Made by a program: the position numbers and the translations under genes
Source of the DNA: Massalongia carnosa
Lineage: Eukaryota
Assembly (NCBI GenBank): GCA_965645245.1
Contig: OZ287070.1
Location: 2,852,001-2,916,000 of the forward strand
Direction of reading: 5' to 3'
Length of the DNA: 64,000 nucleotides
In this document: positions 50,839 to 62,100 of the stretch, piece by piece
How the letters are laid out: every line of letters starts with the position of its first letter
Position numbering within the stretch: the first letter of the stretch is position 1
The notes under the pieces: model-generated
Seen by the model: the letters and a program-made list of their open reading frames with translations, nothing else
Told to the model about the DNA's origin: nothing
Database searches by the model: none

Positions 50839-51309
50839 GGCTTTCGTCAGATAGCTTCAATCTAGATAAATCATACAATACCATTGATTGGCCGTCGTTA
50901 TTCATATCATCATGATCTTTGTAACTCAATGTAATCGCGCCACATGAAAATAATCAGTTCATCAACCTCAAAATTGAGCGAATGCGAACAATTTATCACT
51001 TAATCGACTTTCACATCGCTTTTCTTAGCCTGACAGTAGTTATAACACATGCTTATCGAGTCATCCATCTTGAGAGGTGCGTTTTTGGTATAAAATACAG
51101 TCTCTTGTAAACTAATACGACCCTAATCATTGTATTAAATCCATAAAAGGAATGGTTGCACTGCTAAAATTTTTATTACGCGGATCTGGCCGTAATTTTG
51201 AGTTTTGCGCTCAGACGTGCTATCGCACTGATGTTAGTCAGCAGCGACGCTAACCCGGAGGGGCTTAGCCGGCTCATTGAGCCACGCACGTCTGAGGTAC
51301 TGAGGCAAC

Positions 51310-51735
51310 CGGGTGACTGATAATCCGGATGCTTAGTCATGATAAGGCGGATAGCAATACTAAGCCATCAGCAATCAGCCTGTTAGGCAGCAACTGAAGC
51401 TATTCAGAAGCCTCGATCTCATGGGAGGCCTGGGACGCCTAGGAGACCTCAGCTGAAGGCAACAAGGCTATCTGCTAGACCTCAGCTGAAGGCAACAAGG
51501 TTATCTGCTAGACCTCAGCTGAAGGCAGCAAGGCTATCTCCTAGACCTCAGCTAAAGGCAACAAGGCAGACAGGTAACCAGACAAGTAGTTAGTAAATAG
51601 GACCCCAAGGGGTATATAGAAAGCTCGATTCCCATCTTCAGGGAATCAGCTTTTAGCTTTAGCACCTACCAATCTATTAGCAGTCACACTGAGCATTATA
51701 ACCCATAAGGACTAGTGTCTACTGTCCCTCTTATA
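51310..51735 (+). mobile_element. Truncated LTR-like fragment of a different family
   Basis: Internal tandem repeats and TATATA near 51613; it ends where the YR-like coding sequence resumes; no 5' TG end. Confidence 0.55.
51444..51567 (+). repeat. 33-bp tandem repeat, about 3.8 copies
   Basis: Unit AGACCTCAGCTGAAGGCAACAAGGCTATCTGCT. Confidence 0.92.
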
Positions 51736-52004
51736 GTCTCAAAGTTATGATACTTTGATAATCGTTCGTTATTTAATGAATTGGAACGACGTTCCTACAA
51801 GACGACGAGATTATTTCATGAATCTGGAAGCATAGATCGGAGTAAAATGTTCTTATTGTGGTCGAGCTTGCGATTGTGCATAAAGAACTCCTTAAATACT
51901 AGTTCATGAGCTCGAATAATGAACACCAGGAGGATGATTTCAATCTGTTCTATAATGATAAAAAGTTAAGTGCTCATTTAGATAAACTCTTTTCACCCGA
52001 AATC

Positions 52005-52674
52005 CTACTCCTCATCATCATCCTCCCCCCCTCCCTCCTCTTCACCCTCCTCCTCACTCCTCTCCTCCTCCTCACGTTCCTCCTCTCTCATCTCCTTATC
52101 CTCACTGAAAGGATCGGACAACACTTTCTCAAAAAGTGGATCATCACTTTCGCCCAGTTTAGTCAAAAGAGCGACAGCAGCATCCACCCTTTCGCCTCTA
52201 CTAGCAATCTAAATTCGATTAAAACGAGTTCGTTTATAATGAGCATGTTCGGATGATTTACTTTTCTATAAGACTATTTACCCAGTATGGCCTCAAAAAG
52301 ACGAACACAATGCTCTTGTCGACCTCTAAGAGTCAACTGCTCTTGCGCAACTTTCTATAAACATTAAATATTAGGTCGAGCTCATATATAACGAGTATAT
52401 ATTAACGATTTTACTTTGGTTTTGGCATTTGAAATGATTTGCATCTCGAACATTCATTGTTCGAGCATAGACGCACCATGAGCACATCCGCAAGGCAAGA
52501 GATCGACCTTGTCTAAGCCCAACGGAATATTCTCGCCCTTAGGCATCTCCTGCATTCGTTTTAAACGAGCTCATCCGTAACAACAATCATCATTTATAAC
52601 GAGCTCATACCTTTTGTGACCGATAATATCTATGACATCGGGCATAGCCCGGATTCTGTCTCCAGAATTTCGCC
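52005..52674 (-). pseudogene. 3' part of a multi-intron gene of unknown function with an acidic tail (gene C)
   Basis: Three short GT-AG introns (about 52553-52611, 52357-52414, 52210-52262); exons include KFWRQNPGYARCHRYY and LLPCGCAH; Glu/Asp tail; in-frame stops; cut by the Gypsy-4 LTR. Confidence 0.55.
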
Positions 52675-53067
52675 TGTTATGATCTACCTAGAGACTAGTC
52701 ATAGGGACACTAGAAACGAATACAATCAAGATGAAGAAGAAAAGATCAATTGAAAGACAAATCTCGCTCCTATATAGTCCAGCGGCCCCTAGCCCTCGAC
52801 CGACTCGTGGAAGGATCTAGAAGGTTCGAGTATTGACCAGCTATGGAAACCGTTAATGCCGCGATGAGTCTAGCGCGCACACGCGATCCCGTGATGTGAG
52901 GGATAAAACGAGTTCAATTTCAATAGCCTAGTTCTACACCAAAATCTTCAGACGAAGTCTAAAAGCTTTACTCGGGCGGAGTTCTATATAACCCATGAAA
53001 AGTTGGTTCCTCGGCACATTACCTAATCGATGCTAGTCTGATGTCAGGTGACCTCAGGACCCTGACA

Positions 53068-56000
53068 CTACCCCTCCTCTGAGACGGCGGCTCCGGACGT
53101 CGATGGTTGACTGTTATTCATGAATAGGACATCCTTTGGGGCGTTGGGTTTTCCTTTATTGTCTGTATGAAATTTTCTGATTTCTTCTTTGGCGCGAATG
53201 AAATCAGTCCATGGCTGCCAAGGTGGGTTTGCGTTCCAGTCATCCCATGAGCCGATATAGGTTGCTTTATACTGAGTGCCGTATTTCTTAGTTTCACGGC
53301 AGTCGACGATTTCGAGGACTTCATATTCTTCATGAGGACTGGATTCGGCGTCTTCTTGAATCAGTATCGGGGGACCCGGTTCAATAAGTTGACCGGGGAA
53401 TGGGTTCGTAGGAGTCAGATGAAGTTTCCATGGATGAAATATGGGTGTGAGCCCCACTCTTTTCAAGTTTTCGGGAATTTCCAATTCATAGGCCTTGTTA
53501 TCTATGTTTCGGATGATTTTCCATGGCCCCGCGTTTTTGGAACTCAGGGAGCGACTCTGCTTGTCGACGGAGAAATCTTTGGTGTTGACATATACCATGT
53601 CTCCTATCTTGTAGTCTGGATGTGGGGCCCGCGACTCATTGGCATATCTCATCTGATCATCCTGTGCCCAGGTTAGGTGCTCGATAAGCCATTTCGTCAT
53701 GGCTTCTTGTCGGGCGGTTATTTTGTCTGCCGACATCAGTTCCGCGCGTCCGGTGACATTTGAGTCAAAAGGCTGAGGCGGCTCCGAGCCACTACGAGGG
53801 TGATAACCGTGATCAGCGAAGAAGGGGGACATTCCGGTTGAAGCGTTCGTATGATTATTGACTGCAAATTCGGCATCTGGTAAGTAGTCCACCCAGTCGT
53901 CTTGAGCATGTCTGACGTATGCTCTCAGGTAGTTCTTCATAACCTTATTCGCATTTTCGGTTTGACCATCTGTTTCTGGATGATGCGCGGAGGACGGTTT
54001 CGATTTGACTCCTAATCGCTGACAAATTCGCTTCCACAGATGGGCTGTCAATTGCGTCCCGCGATCGTGGACGATGGAGTTTGGCAAGCCGTATGTTGAA
54101 AAGACCCGACGTTTGAGGACTTCTAGTACGTCCTTCGTGCCTATATCCACCATAGGTTCGTACAACCTACGTTTGGTCAATCTGTCCACGATAACCAAGA
54201 TATTTTCGTACGTCCGGCCCCGTCTGTGACATTTGGGCAGTTTGACTACAAAGTCCAGAGATAAGTCTGTCCATTTTCTTTGAGGTATGGGTAGTGGGGC
54301 TAATAGTCCCTGTTTCTGATCGTTGTACACCTTGGACCTTCGGCATGTAGAGCAGTTAGTAGCGTATCTTCGACAATCATCCTTCATGGACATCCAGAAA
54401 TAGTTCTCCAGCATTTTGGCATACATGCCTCGATACCCGGGGTGTCCTTGCATCGGGGGATTATGATGATCCGATAAAAGACGCAGCTTCAGCTTGTCGA
54501 AATTCGCAATGAAGAGGCGTGTTTTGTAGTATAGTCTTTCGTGACGGACTTCCAAGTCACCCATCGCCAGTCTCAGCCCGTTGCTTAGAATTTTATCGGG
54601 CAATTTCTTCAGATTTTCCAACTTAGCCTTCATGACTTCCTGAATCATTGCGTCTTCTTGATATGCCTCCGCTAAAAGATTTTCTAATAATTCATCAGGC
54701 TTTTCTGCATCCGAATCATCATTCGAATTGATTGTGAACTCCTCTACCGTCAAGTCCTCTACTTCCTCATCCCTGATTTGATCGGATGAGTCAGTAGTAA
54801 TGTTGTCTTCAACCCGTTCTCGATTGGCCATGGATCTGGTTGTCACGTACAGCTTCAGGTCCTGTTTCACTTCATCGTCCAGCTGATTTTCTTTTAGCAG
54901 CACCTGATATTGATATCTGGTGCGATCATCCTCCGCGTCCATCGGCAGATCTTGCTCTCTTCTGGTGAGGGCGTCCGGTTTGCCCCCTTGCTTGCCTGGT
55001 CTATACATAATGCGAAAATTATATTCCGCCAGCATCTCAGCCCAACGCACTTGACGGCGATTTAGTTGTTTCAAAGTCATGAAGGTCTCCAGATTCTTAT
55101 GATCTGAGTAGACCATTGTTGATTGCTCCACTCCCGCTAGCTCCGGTCTCCACATGACGAAACTTTCTACGATGGCTAGGAGTTCTTTATCGTAGATCTC
55201 ATAATTGCATTCGGCGGGGCTCATCTTCTTCGAGAAACAAGCCACGGGTTTCAGAACGCCTTCATGCATCTGAGAGAGTATCCCCGATACTACGAAGTCA
55301 GATGCGTCTGTCTCCACCCAGGTCTCTAGCCTTGGGTCGTAATGAGCAAGAATCGGCGCAGAGGTAAAAGAAATCTTCATGTCTTCGAAAGCTTGCTGAC
55401 ATTCAGTGGTCCACACGAAGTCTTGATACTTGGTGCGTCTCTTTCCGCCTTTCGTGACATATTGCTCTCCGCGGGTTAGCTCGGTCAGACACTTCACCTT
55501 TTCGGAGAATCGCTCAATGAAGCGACGATAGAAGTTAGCGAATCCAAGAAAGGACTGCACCTCTTTTACTGACGCGGGCGTCTTCCATTCTAGTCTGGCC
55601 GTCACCTTTTCTGGGTCCATTCTAACGCCATTCACCCCCACGAACATTCCGAGGTATTTGACTTCGGAGACAGAGAATTCACACTTGTCTATGTCCAGTT
55701 GAAGTCCTCTTTCTTTCAGACGACGAAGTACCTTCAGTACCTGCTCGATGTGCTCCGTTTCTGTTTCACTGAACACCAGTACGTCGTCCAGATAGGCGGT
55801 GACGAAATAATCTAAGTATTCTCGCAGGGAGTTATTGATATAGCTCTGAAATGTTGATGGAGCGTTGCATAGTCCGAAGGGCATCACAAGATATTCAAAT
55901 TGACCGTATCGAGTATTGAACGCCGTGAGCCACTCTTGTCCCTCTTTAATCCTCATCCTATTGAATGCATGAATGACGTCCAATTTAGTAAACCACTTTG

Positions 56001-57136
56001 CTTTGGCGAGTTTCGCCAATGTCTCGCTGATCAATGGAATGGGGTATCGACTTTTCTCCGTGATATTATTCAGATCTCGATAATCTACGCAAAAGCGAAG
56101 ACCCCCGCCTGGTTTCCTGACCAATAGTACCGGCGCGGCCGCCTTTGACGAGCTCGGACGAATAAACCCTTTTGCTAAGTGCTCATCTAGATATTTTCTT
56201 ACCGCGGTCAATTCCTGTTCGGACATGGGCCGATAATTCTTGATGAACGGGGGCTCGATCCCGGGCATCAAATTGATTTCGTGATCCTCTTTTCGATGAG
56301 CTGCCAACTCGTCTGCCTTAGCCCTCATGAAGACTTCAATCTCGCCATGATAGGCCTCGGGTACTCGTTTTTTCAATTCTTCCAGAGTATACTCGACTTT
56401 GTCTTTCATGAACTTCTCATGATCGTCGCTGGTGACTGCGTTGATACTTGAAGCAGTCAGAAGCTTCTTCTCGTACCTATCTAACTTCTTGTTGAGCTTT
56501 TCCCTCGGATAGAAACAGTAAGTCTGATGACCCGATCTTCGAAGAAGTTTCATAAATCGCTTCGGGGTGAGGGACTGAATATCGAAATTTTCAAAGGCCT
56601 CGTTCTTTGCTGAGGCAGTCGTTTCCTTCTCCAAGATTGTGGATTCAAATTTTGAGACTGAATGAGATCGAGGTGCGCATCCCTTACTGACGCACCGATT
56701 GGAGAACGTCATGGTGCGTTCAACCCAATCAATGTGAGGGTTATGCTCCTGCAGCCATCCATCACCGATGATCAAGGTATGATTACCTATGTCGGCCAGA
56801 TAGCAGAATAACTTTTCCTCATGATCTCCGATTCTGACGGGAACGATAACGGCCTTATCAATGATTTGATGGACTTTTCCATCCCCAAGTTCCAGTCTGA
56901 CCCTGTCTTTTTTTTAGTCTAATGGTCTCTAGTTTTCTTTTGCGCGCAAAGGATTCATGAAGAAATTGAGCTTCACTTCCGTTATCGATCATCAACTGAT
57001 TTTCATTAGAGGCTATACTACATCTAAATAAAAGATGCTTGCCCGGAACGAGATGATCGACAGAAAGAACAGATGCTCTAACAACCCTTAATGAAACTTC
57101 TCGACATTCCTGATGGCGACTATCATCAGGAATCAT
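53068..57136 (-). CDS. pol: Gypsy-3 Pol (PR, RT, RH, IN, chromodomain); one frameshift in an A-run near 56910
   Basis: MIDNGSE protease motif; 1235-aa ORF with YLDD, ETDASD, IN, GPWKI and EYEVLEIVD chromodomain. Confidence 0.92.
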
Positions 57137-58725
57137 TCTTTTTCCGAGTCCTCGGACTCGGATGTGTCTTCTCGAATGGCGACTCTACTGAGATTCACTG
57201 CTTGCCTAATGCAACAGGGGTCTCGGCCCCTATGCCATGATCCTCTGCACGACCAACATCGGCCCTGTCGTGACAGAGTCTCTCGTTCCCCGTCCTCCAA
57301 CTTGGGCGGGTGAAGCGTCCCCTCGTACCAAGCTCCTACCCATCCTTCCGGTTTGGTCGAGACCTGTCCGAATTTCGAGTTCGGGTTGGCGGAGATGGCG
57401 GAGTTGGTCGTAGTCGCTTTTGGTTTGACTGTGATCGAGGTACTGGAGGTGGCGGTCGTGGTTTTGTTTAAACCACAACCGACGGAAGAAGAAGGAGAAG
57501 TCGTCGTTTTCGCGGGCTTCTGAGATTCCGACTTCGCGTACTTCTGATTCATCTCCTTTCTTCCCTGTTCGATTTTCCTGGCTTCATGCAAGAGGGTTTC
57601 TAGACTGATGAAGTCCCGTCCCAATAGAGACAGCGCGATGTTTGGCCGCAGGGTGTCCTTGAACGTCTCAATTCTCTCATTCGCGGGGGTTTTTGCACGT
57701 TGCCAGAGTTTGAACATTCGATGATAGTATTCAGTCACCGTTTCATCTTTGTTCATGCTTATTTCTTTCAATTCCTTCTTCGCGTCCTTTGTCAAATATG
57801 CTATCCCGAGATAGCTCTCAATTTCCTTGAAGAACGTATTCAAAGAGAGAGTGGGACCGGCATCCACTACCCAGGTGTGTATGGCGTCGAAAATGGGATC
57901 CTTCATCTGCGATAAGGCGTAGTCGATTTTCAACTCCTCACTAGTGTACATTGGGGAGTCGGTTCTGATTTTTCTTTCCACCGTAAACGCCCATGCACTA
58001 TAGGCGTCTGAGTTGGAACCGTCGAGGGCCTCCTTCGGGTTGGTGCCTTTGGGTCGATAATTGCTTAAGGGGGCAGCGACGGCGGATTGATCTTCAGTTT
58101 GACCAGTCGATGAGGTCGACGTCTGAGTAGCTTCGCGAGCTAGACGTTTCATCTCTGATATTTCACGAATGAGGTCCGAGTTTTCCGCTTTGACCTTCTG
58201 AGTCTCCAATTTTTCAGCCGCGATATCCTCCTCAAATACTAGTCTCTCGTGATCCCAGCTCTTTATCATTCGGGTCCATTCTGCCTGTAGACCTTTTAGA
58301 TCTTTGTTTCTTTTTTTCAAGTCCTGATATTTCTCGATCAAGACCTCATGTTGTAGGAGCGTGCCGGCTAGAACAGTGTACCATATGTCGCCGTCTCCCT
58401 TTAGGACGAGGGCCCTTCTCAACTCTTCTCGATTGGCCACCTTGATGATCATAGCTGATTTCGACGGATTGCTTTCCGTCAGACTTCGATAAATGGCATA
58501 ATTGCTTATGTCGATTTTCGGTTCTGAGGTCGGGGCCTCGATCTTCGGTTCCCTGCCTTTGTCTTTGTTTGTCGGCAAAACAGTGTCATTTCCCACCTCT
58601 TCGTCGGCGGGTTCATATTCGCCTGGTATGCTCTGTGTCGATTTTCGCGACATGGAGCGAGCTCTAGTGTTGAAGGCCAGCCCCGAGGGAGCGACATCTC
58701 TGCTGGATGATTCTAATGAGTTCAT
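57133..58725 (-). CDS. gag: Gypsy-3 Gag
   Basis: 530 aa directly after the 5' LTR; CWSCRGSWHRGRDPCC knuckle. Confidence 0.9.
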   Translation of the reverse strand: MNSLESSSRDVAPSGLAFNTRARSMSRKSTQSIPGEYEPADEEVGNDTVLPTNKDKGREPKIEAPTSEPKIDISNYAIYRSLTESNPSKSAMIIKVANREELRRALVLKGDGDIWYTVLAGTLLQHEVLIEKYQDLKKRNKDLKGLQAEWTRMIKSWDHERLVFEEDIAAEKLETQKVKAENSDLIREISEMKRLAREATQTSTSSTGQTEDQSAVAAPLSNYRPKGTNPKEALDGSNSDAYSAWAFTVERKIRTDSPMYTSEELKIDYALSQMKDPIFDAIHTWVVDAGPTLSLNTFFKEIESYLGIAYLTKDAKKELKEISMNKDETVTEYYHRMFKLWQRAKTPANERIETFKDTLRPNIALSLLGRDFISLETLLHEARKIEQGRKEMNQKYAKSESQKPAKTTTSPSSSVGCGLNKTTTATSSTSITVKPKATTTNSAISANPNSKFGQVSTKPEGWVGAWYEGTLHPPKLEDGERETLSRQGRCWSCRGSWHRGRDPCCIRQAVNLSRVAIREDTSESEDSEKE

Positions 58726-59105
58726 GTTTTCTGATTAGCCTAATGATTCTGATTGTAGGTCTGAAGATTGTGTGAGGGATAAAACGAGTTCAATTTCAAT
58801 AGCCTAGTTCTACACCAAAATCTTCAGACGAAGTCTAAAAGCTTTACTCGGGCGGAGTTCTATATAACCCCTGAAAAGTCGGTTCCTCGGCACATTACCT
58901 AATCGATGCTAGTCTGATGTCAGGTGACCTCAGGACCCTGACACGTGACTTCGGCTTGTGGCTTGTTCCGCTCCGGTCTACCGAAGTAGTGCCGAGTAGA
59001 ACCGTGACACTACCCCACGCTTTAGATCGCGAGTCACTTGACCGCGATAATGTCCGCGTTATCTCCGCTTAATCTGAGACTAAGTGACCGATGCGATTAG
59101 TGCGA

Positions 59106-62100
59106 TCATCGCGGTTTATTTGGGTTTCGTTGATGGAAGTCCTCCACCACTTCTTTTGCATTTTCGAAACCTTCGGCATCATACCATGTCAGGTCCTCGT
59201 CAATTCCCTTCCATTTGACCTTGTATTGCACCTTTCGGTACCGCTTTCGTGAGTCCAGAATGTCATCAAGTTCCCATTCTTCGCTACCTTCTACGACTAT
59301 GGGTGGCGGTAGCTCGTTTATCTGACCTGGGAGTGGGTCGTCTGAGGCCTTTCGAAGCAAGCTGGTATGGAAGACATCGTGAATTTTCATTGATGGTGGC
59401 AATTCTAGTTGACAGGATGACCCTACTAACTTCTTGACTCGATAGGGTCCAATCATCTTATGGTCCAATTTCTTGGACGTTCGTTCTGTCTTGATATTTC
59501 GAGTAGATAACCATACCATGTCGCCTACTTCATATGAGACGTCTCTTCGGTGTCGGTCAGCTGCTGTTATTTGCTTTTCTTGGGCCTTTCCCATATTTTG
59601 TTTGACGAAATCCCAGATTTTCTTCATGTCCTCGGTAATCGCTCGGGCTTTTCCATTGGCTAGCCTTTCCCTTGTTGATTCTGACGACAGTTCGATTGGG
59701 TCGAAACTCATCCTTGGTTCATAACCTTTCGTGGCCATGAATGGTGACAGTCCGGTAGTGGCCGATGGTGCGCTGTTTGCGGCAAATTCCGCCATTGGAA
59801 GAAGGTCCGCCCAGTCGTCCTGATTATAGTTCACGAAACTCCGAAGGTGACGTTCCATTTCCTGATTCGCGATTTCACTTTGTCCATCTGTTTCTGGATG
59901 ATAGGCTGTGGACAATTTCGCTGTGATTCCAAGGATTTTACACCAGGCTTTCCAAACTGTTGATGTGAATTGGGGGCCCCGGTCCGATACTATGCTGCTT
60001 GGGAGTCCATGATAGCGCCATACGTTGTCCACTAGGAGTTTTGCTGTGGCCTCGGACGTAGTTCCTTCTTCATCACATGTGCATGGGATATAGTGTCTCT
60101 CTTTGGACAGTCGGTCTACTACCATCAGGATGGCGTCATTTCCATTGCTCTTCGGGAGGCCGGTAACGTAGTCTAGGGTGATGTCCATCCATGGTCTTTC
60201 TGGTAAGGGTAGCGGTTTCAGCAGTCCATTATACTTGTCCCTTGGGGCCTTGGCTCGTCGACACACATGGCAATTTCGCACATAGCGGCGTATGTCTTGT
60301 TCATGCCTGGCCAATAGTAGTTCCGGCCGATTACATTCACCGTTCTGGCCATTCCGGGGTGCCCTACCGCCACTTGGTCGTGTATTTGCCGAATAACCTC
60401 TAGGATGGTCTCTTTCTTGTCCGGCACCCATAAGCCCTTTCGTTTGTATAGCAGTCCGTTCTTCTCGGTGCAGTTCTTTATGTCCGGTAGAGAGTCGTCA
60501 TCAGAGTTTCCTTCCTTTATCGCGTTTCGTATTCGGGTGCAGAGTTCGTCTTCGAGGTTTTCCTGTTTGATTCTTTCGTCGAGGGTCGGGAGTTCGGGGT
60601 CGGGTTCATCGTTCCGTGTCGTTTCTTCTGGTTCCGTCGCTTCTTCAATGGGCTGAAGTTCCAATCTTTCCGGGGGCAGTAGCGTCTGCAATTGGTGCTG
60701 CTGCCTTTCATCATCATCGTCGTGGGGCTTATCGTTTGGCCTTCGGGTTAGCGCGTCTGCTTTTTCATTTTTCTTTCCAGGCCGGTAGGTGATGACGAAA
60801 TTGAACTCCGAAAGGAACTCCGCCCATCGGGCTTGCCGTCTAGTTAGTTTCTTCGTGGTCATAAAATACTCCAGGCTACGATGGTCGGTGAAGATTTTCA
60901 CTGGTAACTCCGTGCTTTCGAGTTCCGGCTTCCATTGTTCAAAGCATCGAATGATTGCTAGCAGTTCCTTGTCATAGATTTCGTAGTTGCATTCCGCTGG
61001 GCTCATGTTCTTTGAAAAGAAGGCTACCGGGTGAAGTTCTCCGTCGTCTCCTATCTGGGACAACACACCTCCATTGACATGGTCCGAAGAGTCCGTTTCC
61101 AAGTAGCACTGCTTGTTCCGGTCGAAATGTATGAGGATTGGGGCTTCACCGATCCGTTTCTGTAACGTCCTGAAAGCCTTTTCACATGCTGGGGTTCACT
61201 CGAATATCCGTTCTTTCTTTGTAAGGGCGTTCAATGGTTTGGCAATTTTTGAAAAACCCCTGATGAATCGACGATAGAAATTGCAAAAACCAATGAACGA
61301 CCGAACTTCACGTAGGCAGGTGGGGGTTTCCCATTCCTGAATAGCTTTGATTTTGGCCGGGTCCATGCGAATGCCATCAACTCCTATGATCAGTCCCAGA
61401 TATTTCGTTTCCGTCACATGGAATTCACATTTGTCTACGTCAGCCTGAAGTCCGGCCTCTCGAAGATTTGTCAAAACGGCCCGCACATGTTCCCGATGCT
61501 CTTTCAGGTTCTTGCTATAAATCAGAATGTCATCCAGGTAAGCCGTGCAGAATTTGTCCAGATAATCGAACAACACATCATTGATGAAGTGCTGCCAGGT
61601 CGACGGTCCTCCGGAAAGTCCAAACGGTAATACCTTGTATTTATAAGCGCCAAAACGGGAGTTGAACGTGGTCAGGTCTTCAGATTCCATGGCCATTCGG
61701 AGCTTGTGGAACGCCTGTCGGATGTCAATTTTTGAAAAGATCTTAGCTTCCTTCAGCTGGGCCAGTGTTTCCTCGATCAGCGGGATTGGATAGCGGTCTT
61801 TCTTTGACAGCTGGTTCAGCCTTCTATAGTCGACACAAAAGCGAAGTCCTCCATTGGGCTTTCTGGCCAAAAGAATTGGGGACGAACAAGCTGCGTGGCT
61901 AGCCTCAATGAACCCTTTTCGGAGGTTCTCTTCCAGGTATTTCTTGACGAATTCCAGCTCTTTTTGGGACATGCTTCTGAGAGGGCTATGTCCGTGATCT
62001 TTTCCGCCTTCCAGAATGATTCGATGATCATAGGGGCGGTGAGGTGCCAGCGTGTCGGATGCAGCCTTTGAAAAGACATCCAGGAATTCATGGTAATCTG

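Larger units (their letters stand above)
45310..51309. mobile_element. AcademH-like DNA transposon (transposase plus RecQ-like helicase), 6.0 kb
   Basis: 61-bp TIRs GTTGCCTCAGTACC... (45310-45370 and 51249-51309, 1 mismatch), an extra subterminal inverted 21-mer, and two convergent intact genes. No TSD. Confidence 0.85.
41747..51883 (+). pseudogene. Putative tyrosine recombinase gene, split and centrally deleted (exons 41747-41982, 44626-44763, 44817-44915; C-terminal piece 51736-51883)
   Basis: Two phase-compatible GT-AG introns give STLAGYKGQWKMFSSW..PYLIAYW..C..SWSHAYKMRS. The distal piece reads (W)SQSYDTLIIVRYLMNWND..CSYCGRACDCA*. The YR call is by recalled resemblance to fungal DNA breaking-rejoining proteins and was not confirmed by a search. 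Confidence 0.6.
52895..58943 (-). mobile_element. Ty3/Gypsy chromovirus (Gypsy-3), full length, nested in the Gypsy-4 LTR
   Basis: 173-bp LTRs at 52895-53067 and 58771-58943 (2 mismatches); TSD CGTGA; PPT AGAGGAGGGGTAG. Confidence 0.96.

Noticed and set aside
51444..51567. 33-bp repeats as a CRISPR array
   Set aside because: The units are head to tail with no unique spacers, there are no cas genes, and the context is a eukaryotic LTR-like fragment.
41747..51883. Starship captain (DUF3435) assignment for the YR-like gene
   Set aside because: I could not recognise captain motifs or a boundary, and the gene is internal to the locus rather than first; left as an unclassified YR-like gene.
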